A DNA stretch of 64,000 nt, from the sequence record NC_019411.1; one strand, 5' to 3'. The notes below the pieces were generated by a model. It saw nothing but the letters and a program-made list of their open reading frames with translations. It had not been told where the DNA came from and ran no database searches. Shown piece after piece: positions 16,358 to 25,427 of the stretch. Positions within the stretch are counted from its first letter, which is position 1; each line of letters opens with the position of its first letter. The position numbers and the translations under genes are program-made.

Positions 16358-17775
16358 ATCAGCGCTCCTTGGCTCGGATCGGCCGGCGCGTAGACGGCGC
16401 GGTTGATGGTGGTCTCCGGCTCGCCCGAGCGCTTGTTGGCGCCGTGACGCTTGATCGTGGCCCGGATGGCGTAGCGCTTGCCGGCCTCGGGACGGTACTT
16501 GCCGGTGTGGAAGTTCACCACCGCCGAGCCGTCGTCGCAGCGGATGGCCACGATGCAGGTCGTCTCGCCGAAGTCGTTGGTGTAGAGGTTGGTCCGCACG
16601 ACCTCGCCCACGAAGTCCACGCGCTGGCCCTCGGCGGCGTCGAGGTGCTTGGCAGGCGGGCGCTGGGGAGCGTCGGCCTTCTTGCGGGCGTCCTCCTCGC
16701 GCTCCAGGACGCGGCCGACCGACAGACCGACAGCGGCGACGATCACCCCGATGCGCTTGACCAGGACGAAATCTTCCTGGGCGAGCACCATCTTGATGTT
16801 CTCGTGGAACGGATTGCCCGGCTTCAGCGAGCGGATGTAGTCGGTGAAGCCCTCGCGGTCGAATTCCGGCTCGAAGCCCTTGTAGGAGTCGATGATCTCC
16901 TGGTTGCGCTTGTGCTCGTAGTCCGACAGGTCATAGCCCCGGTTGCCGAACATCAGCAGGCCGACATGCTTGCGCGAGTCTTCCTTGCTGTAGCCGCCGA
17001 GCCGGCGCGCCACGCGGTACGAGGTCCGCAGGAGTTCGCCCAGATCGACGTACTCCTCGCCCTTGCGCCAGCCGCCCGGATCACCCTTGAAGTTGTTCAG
17101 GTCATCCCAGAACGACAGCATGCGGACCGGATCGGCCCCCATATAGGCTTTCAGGCACGAGGCCCCGATCATCTTGATCCCGTCGGCGGTCTCGCAGACG
17201 AAGGTGTGTTTGCGGCGCTGGTTGACGCCGCAGTGGGCGCACTCGCCAGCGTGTACACGCATCCCTTCCACGACGTCGTTGGCGGTCTTGTCGACCAGCT
17301 TGAGGTAGTGCCCCGTCTTCTCGGCGGCTTCGTAGATGCCCAGGACGCGGCCCTTCTCGCCGACCATCGGCGGAACCGACAGGGTGATCTCGATGCGGCG
17401 CACCACCATGGCCTCGTCGCTCAGATAGGGCGAGGGAATGTCGACCACCTTACGCTCCAGGACCTCCAGGGTCTGGGCGCCGTGGGCGGCCCGCTTCTGG
17501 AGCTTGGCCAGCAGGCGCATGAAGCGTTCCTCGACGGCGAAGCCCATCATGAAGGTCAGGACGGCTTGGCCGTCGCGCACGCCTTCCTGGGCCTCCCACA
17601 TGGCGGTCCGGTGAGCCTCGCGCTCCTGCTCGTCCTCGAAGATCGACACGCCCCTGGCGGTCACGACCTCGACGCCGTCGACCAGCACGCTGGCCTGATC
17701 GGCGACCGTCTCGGGACGCTCGCCGTAGGTTTCCAGCATGTAGTCCTGGTAGCTGCCTTCGAATTCGCCAAACAT
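16354..17775 (-). CDS. Large hypothetical: CxxC..G.SC zinc motif and probable C-terminal OB-fold
   Basis: ECAHCGVNQRRK...IGASCL; C-terminal GQRV.F.GEV...ATIKRH...ETTINR. Confidence 0.75.
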   Translation of the reverse strand: MFGEFEGSYQDYMLETYGERPETVADQASVLVDGVEVVTARGVSIFEDEQEREAHRTAMWEAQEGVRDGQAVLTFMMGFAVEERFMRLLAKLQKRAAHGAQTLEVLERKVVDIPSPYLSDEAMVVRRIEITLSVPPMVGEKGRVLGIYEAAEKTGHYLKLVDKTANDVVEGMRVHAGECAHCGVNQRRKHTFVCETADGIKMIGASCLKAYMGADPVRMLSFWDDLNNFKGDPGGWRKGEEYVDLGELLRTSYRVARRLGGYSKEDSRKHVGLLMFGNRGYDLSDYEHKRNQEIIDSYKGFEPEFDREGFTDYIRSLKPGNPFHENIKMVLAQEDFVLVKRIGVIVAAVGLSVGRVLEREEDARKKADAPQRPPAKHLDAAEGQRVDFVGEVVRTNLYTNDFGETTCIVAIRCDDGSAVVNFHTGKYRPEAGKRYAIRATIKRHGANKRSGEPETTINRAVYAPADPSQGALI

Positions 17776-17781
17776 GATCGG

Positions 17782-17847
17782 CTCCTCTCGCTGTCGTGAG
17801 GGAGCTTGTACGGGCTCACGCCGATGCTGTCAACACTCTAACGCCAA
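17782..17847 (-). promoter_or_regulatory. Promoter cassette P6
   Basis: TTGGC-9-TTGACA-17-TACAAG-7-ACGACAGCGAGAGGAG-ATG. Confidence 0.85.
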
Positions 17848-17857
17848 CAAAGAATCG

Positions 17858-18178
17858 CTAGGCCGCGTCCTCGGGCGCTGCTTCGAGCGTCAGGGTGTAC
17901 ATGTCGTCGACCCCGATCGCCGGTTCGACCCCGACGATCACGCAGGTCCTGATCTTGCCGCTCTGGGCCTCGTAGATCACCGTGTCGCCCAGGCGCGGGC
18001 CTTGGCAGTGAACCATCACGCTGACGCGTTCGATCAGCAGGGGCTTCCTGAACCAACCGCGCTTGACCTTGCGCGGCGGCGCGATCTGGAACGTGCTGGC
18101 GTGGAGCGCGTGACCCCAGCCCTGCATCTTGGGCCGGAAGTCGAAGGTGCGCGGGCCGTTATCGAGGCGCAGGAGCAT
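17858..18178 (-). CDS. Hypothetical protein
   Basis: ORF with GAAGGA SD. Confidence 0.7.
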   Translation of the reverse strand: MLLRLDNGPRTFDFRPKMQGWGHALHASTFQIAPPRKVKRGWFRKPLLIERVSVMVHCQGPRLGDTVIYEAQSGKIRTCVIVGVEPAIGVDDMYTLTLEAAPEDAA

Positions 18179-18389
18179 GGCGGTCCTTCTCCAGGTTTCG
18201 GCGTTCGATCCGGCCGTGTCCGATCGAAGTTGACATGTCTTTGGCCTCGACCCGCGTCGGCATGTAGCCCCCGAAGAGTCGGTGAAGCGGGATGCGCCGC
18301 CACTTTGGATCGAAGCGGTACCATCGATAGCAGTTGTCGTTCCGTCGATGAGAGATCGCCAGGATCATGGGGATGATGCCCGGCGTCAC
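18159..18389 (-). CDS. Hypothetical protein
   Basis: GTGA overlap. Confidence 0.6.
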   Translation of the reverse strand: MTPGIIPMILAISHRRNDNCYRWYRFDPKWRRIPLHRLFGGYMPTRVEAKDMSTSIGHGRIERRNLEKDRHAPAPR

Positions 18390-18631
18390 GGATTGTCGCC
18401 CGACAGGACCGAGAAGGTCGCCACCGGCGTCTTGCCGTCCAGCGGATGGCCCAGGACCAGTTCGGGGTCCTCGTCGCCCTCGCGGTCCTTCCAGACCACC
18501 TTGCCGTGATAGGTCATCACGCCGGCCGGAAGGTTCTGGCTGACCAGCCGCAAGGTCTCGGCATAGACATGGGTCCAGTCGAACGGATTCACCTGGGCCG
18601 GATTGTTGGTCACGCTGACGATCAAGGGCAT
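18386..18631 (-). CDS. Hypothetical protein (MPLIVSVTNN...)
   Basis: TGATG overlap. Confidence 0.65.
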   Translation of the reverse strand: MPLIVSVTNNPAQVNPFDWTHVYAETLRLVSQNLPAGVMTYHGKVVWKDREGDEDPELVLGHPLDGKTPVATFSVLSGDNP

Positions 18632-19152
18632 CAGGAGGTCGAGCCTTTCAGATGGGTGTGGCCACGATGGAACATGGTGGCGGCTTGCTTTTCGGTCCGG
18701 CACGGCCCGAACCACAGGCTATCGCCCTGGCGGCGGGCGGCGATCCCGTATTCCCGCCGGGGTTCTTCGAGATAGGGAAGCGTCGTCAGGGCGCTCAGGA
18801 CCTCGTAGGGCGTCTCGTCCGGCTCGATCTGGTCGTCGGCCACGGCGATGTAGAAATAGAGGTCGCGGTCGGCCAGACCCAGCGGCGACTTGGCCCGGAA
18901 CGAGCGGTAGCTCGACCAGAACCAGCCTCGCCGCATCTCCAGGCCCCGGCGGACGCCGAGCAAGCCCTCCTGGGTCTCGCCCTCGGGCCAGCACCCGAGG
19001 ATCGAGGCGCTATAGGTCGCGCCCTGGGGCTCGCCGAGGTCGGCGCGGACAGCCGTCATGGCGATCGCCTTGGCCTCTTCCTCGTCGGCCGCCGCGATCT
19101 CGATCTCGGTGACCAGGGACTGGGAGACCTTGACCAGAAACCGCTCAGTCAC
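18631..19152 (-). CDS. Hypothetical protein
   Basis: Coupled ORF. Confidence 0.7.
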   Translation of the reverse strand: MTERFLVKVSQSLVTEIEIAAADEEEAKAIAMTAVRADLGEPQGATYSASILGCWPEGETQEGLLGVRRGLEMRRGWFWSSYRSFRAKSPLGLADRDLYFYIAVADDQIEPDETPYEVLSALTTLPYLEEPRREYGIAARRQGDSLWFGPCRTEKQAATMFHRGHTHLKGSTS

Positions 19153-19837
19153 GGAGACCTGCGAGTTGGAACGCCGTGGCGCCGACGGCCGCCGCCAGTT
19201 CTTGCTTCAGGTGCTCGACGTCCTCCTTCAATTCCTTGAAGTATGGCGTGTCGGCGAGCAGGTCCTGCATCTTCCAGGCCAGGGTGTAGGCCCGGTGGAC
19301 ATAGCCCGTCGGATCGTCCTCGACCATCTTGACGACGTCGATCGCCTTCAGTTCGATCAGGCCCTCGGGACCCTTGATGAACACCACGTCATGAGGCTCG
19401 ATGATCCGCACGCCGCCCGAGGCGAGGTTCTTCAGGACACGCTCGCGGTGCTCGCAGTGATCGACCACGCCGATCTCGCCGCGCAGGGCGTGCGGCGGGT
19501 TGTGGGTCACCATGACGACCCGGTCGCCCGGCTGGAACGCCCAGCGCACTTCGGGGTCGTTGAGGTGGTCGTCGACCATCTGTCGGATCGTCGCCAGGGA
19601 AGTGTGGCCGTAGCAGTCGCCGTGGAGGACGTAGTGGATGATCTTCCACTCCTTCTCGGTCGGCATCGGGATTTCCTTCCCGTCGCCGTCGCGGCCGTGA
19701 TAGTAGGCCGCCGTGCCCAGGCGATGGATGAGTTCGAAGGGCTCGCCCTCGTCGGTGACCTCCGGATGCTCGTCGAGCAGCGCGATCATCTTGGCGAGGC
19801 TGTAGGTGAGCGGTCGGGTGGCGGGGCGCTGGGTCAC
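19145..19837 (-). CDS. Hypothetical protein (MTQRPATR...)
   Basis: GTGA overlap, GGAG SD. Confidence 0.7.
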   Translation of the reverse strand: MTQRPATRPLTYSLAKMIALLDEHPEVTDEGEPFELIHRLGTAAYYHGRDGDGKEIPMPTEKEWKIIHYVLHGDCYGHTSLATIRQMVDDHLNDPEVRWAFQPGDRVVMVTHNPPHALRGEIGVVDHCEHRERVLKNLASGGVRIIEPHDVVFIKGPEGLIELKAIDVVKMVEDDPTGYVHRAYTLAWKMQDLLADTPYFKELKEDVEHLKQELAAAVGATAFQLAGLRD

Positions 19838-20718
19838 AGGTGCTTCTCCAGGCCCAGGTCGTCGATCACCGCCTGGGCGATCGCTTCCAGATTGAAGTGG
19901 CCGTCGATGACCGTGTCCTGCGCATCGTCGGCGTCGACATAGTTGGACCGCGTCGGCGCCGGGGCTTCCAGGATCGCACGCTTCAGGGCGTCGGCCAGGA
20001 TGACCGCCGGGGTCCGCTTGACCTTGGCCTTCTTGACCTTCCAGTTGAGGTCCTGGAGGCGCACGACGCGGCGATCGCCATCGACGATCTCCTTGAAGGC
20101 GCCGGCCTTGATCAGCCGCTCGACCGTGTCGTCGCTGAAATGCGGGTTGGCCTCGTCGACCGGGAAGGTTGTCCAGCAGTCCTGGCCCAGTTGGGTCAGG
20201 GTGCGCGAGGCGTTGTTCGCCGCGACGATGGCGTGGTACTCGTCGGCGAGCATGAACTGCTCGTAGCCAGGGCCGCAGAGCGTGCCCCGATCGTTCAGGA
20301 CCTCGACATAGCAGTTCTCGCCGTTCCAAGAATCGGAGAGGTAGCACTTGACCAGGGTGTAGGTCTTGCCGACGGTGTAGTTCTCGTTGCCGCCGACATA
20401 GACCGCCTGGGCGTTCTGCGGGAACGGCCAGCGATACTGCTCGTGGTCGGGATCGAACGCCTCCAGGACCTTCAGGATCGAGTCCAGGCTCACCTCGTCG
20501 GGGGTGAAGCGCTTGTACTTGCCGTCGGCGTCGCGGCCGTGGAAGAGGTCCTGGCACTCGCGCACGATGTCGTACTCGAACGGCCAGATCGCGCCACCGC
20601 GATAGTCCGAGAGGACCTTGTCGAACTCGGCGACCGAGGCGCCCGACGCGGCCATGGCAAGCAGCGTCTGGAGGATTTCGGCCGGCGGGCGGGCGTAGGC
20701 GTGGGGCTGTCGGATCAT
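19834..20718 (-). CDS. Hypothetical protein
   Basis: 294-aa ORF, typical codon usage. Confidence 0.75.
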   Translation of the reverse strand: MIRQPHAYARPPAEILQTLLAMAASGASVAEFDKVLSDYRGGAIWPFEYDIVRECQDLFHGRDADGKYKRFTPDEVSLDSILKVLEAFDPDHEQYRWPFPQNAQAVYVGGNENYTVGKTYTLVKCYLSDSWNGENCYVEVLNDRGTLCGPGYEQFMLADEYHAIVAANNASRTLTQLGQDCWTTFPVDEANPHFSDDTVERLIKAGAFKEIVDGDRRVVRLQDLNWKVKKAKVKRTPAVILADALKRAILEAPAPTRSNYVDADDAQDTVIDGHFNLEAIAQAVIDDLGLEKHL

Positions 20719-21077
20719 TGGTCCGACACCTTCGCCAGTTGCTTTTCCAGTTCGGCGCGCAGTTCGGCGGTGCTCAGGCCCAGGCGCTCCTTCATGAACG
20801 CCACCGCCTCGGCGGCGGTCTCGAACGAGCGGGTCTCGGCATCGGTGCTGTCACGCAGGCCGAGGATTTCGACCACGCCCCAGATCGTCGCCCAGGCGAC
20901 GGCGATCAAGGCCGCCACCGTGATGGCAAAGCCGAAGTTGAACTGGCGCGCGGCGCTCAGTTCCACCGCCTCGGCCGCCGTCCAGGCCACTGCGACCATG
21001 CTCACGGAGGCGAGATGGAGCAGGGCGCCCCTGCGGGTGTGGGTCGGGCGGACGGTCAGGGTCATCTTGTCTTGCAC
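20715..21077 (-). CDS. Membrane protein
   Basis: First gene after P7; two hydrophobic segments. Confidence 0.7.
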   Translation of the reverse strand: MQDKMTLTVRPTHTRRGALLHLASVSMVAVAWTAAEAVELSAARQFNFGFAITVAALIAVAWATIWGVVEILGLRDSTDAETRSFETAAEAVAFMKERLGLSTAELRAELEKQLAKVSDQ

Positions 21078-21083
21078 GAGGGT

Positions 21084-21151
21084 CTCCTCTGCGGTTGTCG
21101 TCGCCCGCCTCTTAGGCCAAGGCCGAAGCCTTGTCAACACATTCAAGCCAA
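21084..21151 (-). promoter_or_regulatory. Promoter cassette P7
   Basis: TTGGC-9-TTGACA-17-TAAGAG-6-GACGACAACCGCAGAGGAG-GTG. Confidence 0.88.
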
Positions 21152-22276
21152 CGTGACACCGAGCGTCGTGGCCATCTTCTGGAGCGCCGCGCGCTGGGTC
21201 TTGATCTGCTCGTCGAACTTGTCGAACGCGGTCAGGACGTCGGTCTCCAGCTTGCCGAGCGCTTCCCATTGCTTCTTGAGTTCGGCGCCAGCCAGTTCCG
21301 CCGCCTCGTTGCGTTCGGGGCCATAGACACGCTCGCGCATCTCGGCGACCCAGGCCCAGGGCAGGCTCAGGTCCTCGGCGACCTTCTTGTCGGTCCAGGT
21401 CCCGATGTAGCGCTGCTGGATCGTGTTGTAGTGGACGTCGAGGGCCTCGATGATCCGGCGGTTCTCGGCCGGCGTCGCCGTGCGCGGCGGATCGGCGAGA
21501 GGAACAGGCGTGGCGACGGCGGCTGCGGTGGCGGGCACGGGGGCGATCTCCGAAACAGGGTTGGGGGCGTCCGGGGCAAGCTTGCCCTGGCGGATCAGAC
21601 GGTTGCGGGCGGCGTTCTTCTGCCGCTGGGAGCGTTCCTCGGGGGTCATCGACTCCCAGTAGCGGCGAGACGCCGCGCCCTGCTTGGCGGCGGTCTCGGC
21701 CTTCTTGGCGGCGGCGCGCTCGCGGCGCGTGGCGTGACCCTTGGCGGTGGCGGCCGAGCGCTGTTCGGGGGTCATGGCGCTCTGGACCCGGCGCAGGCGC
21801 TCGGCGTCCCCGCGCCCGCTCTTGGCCTTGAGGCCGCTCTTGACCATCGCCGCCTCCACGAGGGCGGCGCCGACGGTGGTCGAGGCGTTGGCGGGATTGG
21901 GCTTGGGTTCCACGATCTCTTCCTCTGGAATGATCTCGAATTTTGAAAGGGCGTTCGAGACGGTGTAGACGGCCGCGTCGAGCAGGATGTCGTGTTGGTT
22001 CTCGGGCGGCTGCGAGGCGGCCTTGGCCAGCCCATGGCAGGCGGGGCAGACGTCCTTGGTGCGCGAGCCGCCGACGGCCCAGCCGCGCTTGCGGAACATC
22101 CTGGCGGCGAACTCCGCCGGGATATGGGGTGAGCGGGTGGTGATGGGGATGGCGTCCTCGGCCGGGCACTTGCGGCAGACGATGACGACGTGGTTCTGTC
22201 GCTTGGACAGATCGCCGTTCAGGGGACGCATCTCGACCCGGAACGCATCCCGTGTCGCCAGTTTTGTCGTGCTCAT
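21143..22276 (-). CDS. Zn-finger (CxxC...CxxC) protein with MTPE(Q/E)RS repeats and C-terminal HTH-like segment
   Basis: VCRKC...VCPAC; SAMTPEQRS / ESMTPEERS; WTDKKVAEDL..PWAWV..MRE..YGP. Confidence 0.75.
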   Translation of the reverse strand: MSTTKLATRDAFRVEMRPLNGDLSKRQNHVVIVCRKCPAEDAIPITTRSPHIPAEFAARMFRKRGWAVGGSRTKDVCPACHGLAKAASQPPENQHDILLDAAVYTVSNALSKFEIIPEEEIVEPKPNPANASTTVGAALVEAAMVKSGLKAKSGRGDAERLRRVQSAMTPEQRSAATAKGHATRRERAAAKKAETAAKQGAASRRYWESMTPEERSQRQKNAARNRLIRQGKLAPDAPNPVSEIAPVPATAAAVATPVPLADPPRTATPAENRRIIEALDVHYNTIQQRYIGTWTDKKVAEDLSLPWAWVAEMRERVYGPERNEAAELAGAELKKQWEALGKLETDVLTAFDKFDEQIKTQRAALQKMATTLGVTLA

Positions 22277-22285
22277 CTTATGGGT

Positions 22286-22525
22286 TCACCGACATGAGAA
22301 GCACACCTCATCCTCTAACTCGGACGGATCGCACCAGTGGTCGCAGACCTCGCACTTCCAGACCTTGCGGTCGAGGAAGGTGAAGAAGGCGTCCGGGGCG
22401 TCGTAGTAGCCGAACGGGAAGCCGGCGTTGTCGACGGCCTCCTGGACGTCGATCGTCGTGCCGATCATCTTTGGCGCCAGACGCAGCGCCATGGCCATCA
22501 GTTCGGGGCCGCCGGGCTCAGCCAT
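22286..22525 (-). CDS. Small Zn-ribbon protein
   Basis: C-terminal CEVCDHWC...CFSC. Confidence 0.65.
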   Translation of the reverse strand: MAEPGGPELMAMALRLAPKMIGTTIDVQEAVDNAGFPFGYYDAPDAFFTFLDRKVWKCEVCDHWCDPSELEDEVCFSCR

Positions 22526-22856
22526 GGGCCTTCGCCTTTCTCGGGCGGTTCTCGTCCCACCAGACATGCCACTCGGCCTTGGTCATCCACGGCTGCTTGC
22601 GGCGGTCGTTATAGACCCCGAGGCCCTCACGCGTGACCTGATAGCGCTTGGAGCCGCGCGTCATGAAGGGCAGGCGCTGCTCGGAGATCACGTAGCCGCG
22701 CTTCTCCAGCTTGGCCAGCGTCGCCGAGTGGTGCGAGCCGTTCGAGCCGCCGACTTCCATCGGCGTATGCCAGCGGATCGGCTCATCGCGGAAGGTTGGG
22801 ATGAGACAGCCCAGGACCTCCCAGTCGCGATCGGTGAGCGGACGCAGACGGCTCAT
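22518..22856 (-). CDS. Winged-helix-like protein
   Basis: LT.RD.EVL...SATLAKLEKRGYV...KRYQVT.EG. Confidence 0.65.
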   Translation of the reverse strand: MSRLRPLTDRDWEVLGCLIPTFRDEPIRWHTPMEVGGSNGSHHSATLAKLEKRGYVISEQRLPFMTRGSKRYQVTREGLGVYNDRRKQPWMTKAEWHVWWDENRPRKAKAHG

Positions 22857-23026
22857 CGCAGTAGCTCTCCGTCGGCGATCCGGATGTCGCTCAGGGGATA
22901 GTCCTGGAAGAAGGCGCGCAGCCGCTGGCGCAGCATCCCCTCGACAGGCTCGGCGTTGTTCAAGGTCTCGAAGAGGTCCTCGAACATCTGGCGCTCATTG
23001 GCGCGTAAGGGTCGGGTCTTCGGCAC
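22853..23026 (-). CDS. 57-aa hypothetical (MPKTRPLRANERQMF...)
   Basis: Hand translation; GTG after P8 SD AAGGAGG; ATGA overlap. Confidence 0.7.
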   Translation of the reverse strand: MPKTRPLRANERQMFEDLFETLNNAEPVEGMLRQRLRAFFQDYPLSDIRIADGELLR

Positions 23027-23031
23027 GGGAC

Positions 23032-23096
23032 CTCCTTCGTTGTCGTCATGCGGCTTCTAGGGCGACTTTACCGGATTGTCAACACATTCCAGCCAG
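23032..23096 (-). promoter_or_regulatory. Promoter cassette P8
   Basis: CTGGC-9-TTGACA-17-TAGAAG-6-GACGACAACGAAGGAGG-GTG. Confidence 0.9.
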
Positions 23097-23408
23097 CCGG
23101 GCAATGTAGTCCCGCATCGCCGCGCTGGACGCATAGCGCCATGTCCACGGGACCTGCTCGGGTCGCGCGCCGTTGAACTGGCAGAGCCAGAGAAAGGCCG
23201 CCTCGGAATGGGGCCAGTTCTCGGCGTCGGCCGAGAAACCGGTCATGCGGAAGCACGCCGCGACCTCGGCCGGCGTCAGGTTCGGGTCGCGCACGGCCTT
23301 GAGCTTGACCTTCACCTCCTCGGGCGGCGCGGGTGGCGGGGGCTCGACCTCGTAGCCGGCCTTTCGCAGGAGCTTGATCGCGGCGGCGATCTCAGGACTC
23401 GGTTTCAG
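23079..23408 (-). CDS. Hypothetical protein (possible CTG start 23408; alternative GTG 23315)
   Basis: Open frame extends upstream of GTG to a CTG preceded by GGGGAG. Confidence 0.55.
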   Translation of the reverse strand: MKPSPEIAAAIKLLRKAGYEVEPPPPAPPEEVKVKLKAVRDPNLTPAEVAACFRMTGFSADAENWPHSEAAFLWLCQFNGARPEQVPWTWRYASSAAMRDYIARLAGMC

Positions 23409-23640
23409 GTTTCCACTCCCCGCACCAGGAATTCATGTGGACCAGCGGGAATTCCGCCCAGCCGATCTGGTCGGGCGGGTTGTCCCCGTGGAAGCTGCCG
23501 CCCGTTCGCGCGGGGTGGTAGCGCGACGGGCCGACCTTGATCGAGGGCGGGAAGCGCCGGCAGTCGCCGTGCATCTGGACCGCGCCCGTCTCAAGGAAGA
23601 ATCGGCAGGTCTTGCAGGATTGACCTTCGGGCTGTCTCAT
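23392..23640 (-). CDS. Small Cys-rich protein (CxxC...C...C)
   Basis: SCKTCRFF...GDCRRFPP...FPLV...WCGEW. Confidence 0.7.
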   Translation of the reverse strand: MRQPEGQSCKTCRFFLETGAVQMHGDCRRFPPSIKVGPSRYHPARTGGSFHGDNPPDQIGWAEFPLVHMNSWCGEWKPETES

Positions 23641-23903
23641 GCGGGAACCCTGCCCGCGCTGACGGCCGCGCGCCACGCGGCGACGTCGCCCAAGAGCGCG
23701 CCGCCCAGGAAGCGGTCCTCATGGATCGGCACGTCGCCGTCGGCCAGCGCCAGCAGATCGAGTTGGGCGTCGATCCACTGCTGCTCGCTCATATAGGGCT
23801 GGTGGCGCGCCGTGGCGCGGATGCCGTATTGCAGGCGCTTGTCGTAGAGGGTGAGGCGCAGGCCCGCGTGGTCGCGCTCGATCCAGATGTCAGGCCGCTG
23901 CAT
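23637..23903 (-). CDS. Hypothetical protein
   Basis: Coupled ORF. Confidence 0.65.
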   Translation of the reverse strand: MQRPDIWIERDHAGLRLTLYDKRLQYGIRATARHQPYMSEQQWIDAQLDLLALADGDVPIHEDRFLGGALLGDVAAWRAAVSAGRVPA

Positions 23904-24921
23904 CGGCGACCTCCTCGACCTCTTCCTCGCTCGGGGCGATCGTCGAGCCCGAATATTCCTGGAGGTGGTCGACCGCCTTCTGGGCCAGCGACGCGGCGGT
24001 GAAGATGAAGCGCTTGTCGCCCTTCAGGACCTTCAGCCAGGAGGCGACATAGGAGGCGTGGTCTTCGCGGACTTCCGGGGTCAGGCCGAGGATGGCGCAG
24101 AGGAAGGCCGAGCCCAGTTCGGCGACCAGTTCCTCGGCGGCGTAGGCCTCGTCACCGAAGCGCTTGCCGAACTCGCGGTTCAGGCGGTCCTCGCGGCCGG
24201 TCCAGTGGACGAACTCGTGGCCGAGGGTGGCGTAGTAGCTCTCCTCGTCGCGGAAGGCGTCGAACTGGGGCATCTGGATGAAGTCCAGGTGCGGCGAGAA
24301 GAAGGCCCGGTGACCGCCGTGGCGCACCTCGGCGCCCGTGGCGGCGAAGAACTTCTCGACCGCCGCGTTGCGCTCCAGGACCCGCTTGGCTTCCTCGGCG
24401 GGCGTCGCCGGCGCCGGGGCGGGCTTCTGGTAGAAGCGCTCGGGCAGGCCGTCGATCTGCTCGACATTGAACACCAGATAGGACTTCAGGAACGGGATCA
24501 TCCGTTCGACGTCCTTGCCGTTGGCGTCCTTCTCGGTCTTCTTGAACTTCGAGGCGTAGACGATCAGTTCGGACTTCTCGCCCTTGCGGACCTGACCACC
24601 CAGGTCCCTGGCTTGGTTGTAGGTCATCCAGGTCGGGTTGGTGTAGCCGCGCTCCTGGGCGGCGGCCCACAGGAGGACCACGTTGATCCCGGTGTAGCGC
24701 TGGCCGGTCACCCGGCGGGGATAGATCGCCATGCCGGCCGAGGCGCCGCCGGGAGCCGACCACGGCTTCAACCAGGGACGCACGCCAGCGTCGAGCGCGG
24801 CGACGATCTTGTCGGTGATCTTCTGATAGAGGTCGACCTTCACGGTTTCGGTCGAGGCCTTGCCGGTCTCCTTGGTGGAGCGCTTGGCGGGCTTCTTCTT
24901 GGCGGCGGTGGTCTTGGTCAT
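23890..24921 (-). CDS. ardC: ArdC-family antirestriction protein (DUF1738 ssDNA-binding + zincin domain)
   Basis: YQKITDKIVAALDAGVRPWLKPW, Y.GINV..LW, WMTYNQA..LGGQVRKGEK, VFNVEQIDGL, YYATLGHE..HWTG...RLNR, YA.EELVAELGSAFL. Confidence 0.93.
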   Translation of the reverse strand: MTKTTAAKKKPAKRSTKETGKASTETVKVDLYQKITDKIVAALDAGVRPWLKPWSAPGGASAGMAIYPRRVTGQRYTGINVVLLWAAAQERGYTNPTWMTYNQARDLGGQVRKGEKSELIVYASKFKKTEKDANGKDVERMIPFLKSYLVFNVEQIDGLPERFYQKPAPAPATPAEEAKRVLERNAAVEKFFAATGAEVRHGGHRAFFSPHLDFIQMPQFDAFRDEESYYATLGHEFVHWTGREDRLNREFGKRFGDEAYAAEELVAELGSAFLCAILGLTPEVREDHASYVASWLKVLKGDKRFIFTAASLAQKAVDHLQEYSGSTIAPSEEEVEEVADAAA

Positions 24922-24925
24922 CAGG

Positions 24926-24991
24926 GCCTCCTCGTTGTCGTCGAGGGGGTTCTAGCCGGCGACCGCGACCTTGTCAACACTCTCGCGCCAG
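24926..24991 (-). promoter_or_regulatory. Promoter cassette P9 (ardC)
   Basis: CTGGC-9-TTGACA-17-TAGAAC-6-GACGACAACGAGGAGG-ATG. Confidence 0.9.
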
Positions 24992-25188
24992 TTCTTAATC
25001 GCTTGGCGTTCCGCGAAGGTGGGCTGGCGCTCCCAGCAGGCATACTGCTCCGAGCCTCGGGTACAGTTCTCACGGATGATCTCGCCATCCGCGTTGTGCA
25101 GCGGCGTGTAGGGCTTCTTCATGCAGTGCCCGAGATACTGCCCCACCCAGGGGTGCCAGAGGCGGCAGTTGCCGCAGACCTGCCTCAT
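24952..25188 (-). CDS. Small Cys-rich protein
   Basis: CGNC...GHC...C..W; stop is TAG of P9 -10. Confidence 0.65.
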   Translation of the reverse strand: MRQVCGNCRLWHPWVGQYLGHCMKKPYTPLHNADGEIIRENCTRGSEQYACWERQPTFAERQAIKNWRESVDKVAVAG

Positions 25189-25427
25189 CAGGCGCTCATT
25201 ATCGCCGCGCAGAGGATCATCACCACCAGCCCGCCGACGATCGGGCAGACGATCAGCGACATGCAGAACGTCAAGGTCGGGTGGTCGATGAAATAGAACA
25301 GGTAGGGAGGCGGTTGGGGCTGGTTATAGAGAACGGCCGCGCCCAGCGCCAGCGCGATGGCGCCGATGATCCAGGCCAGTCCATACCAGAAGGCACCCTG
25401 GAGAAGCGTTTCGACTTTCGGGTTCAT
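25188..25427 (-). CDS. Small membrane protein
   Basis: Two hydrophobic segments. Confidence 0.7.
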   Translation of the reverse strand: MNPKVETLLQGAFWYGLAWIIGAIALALGAAVLYNQPQPPPYLFYFIDHPTLTFCMSLIVCPIVGGLVVMILCAAIMSA

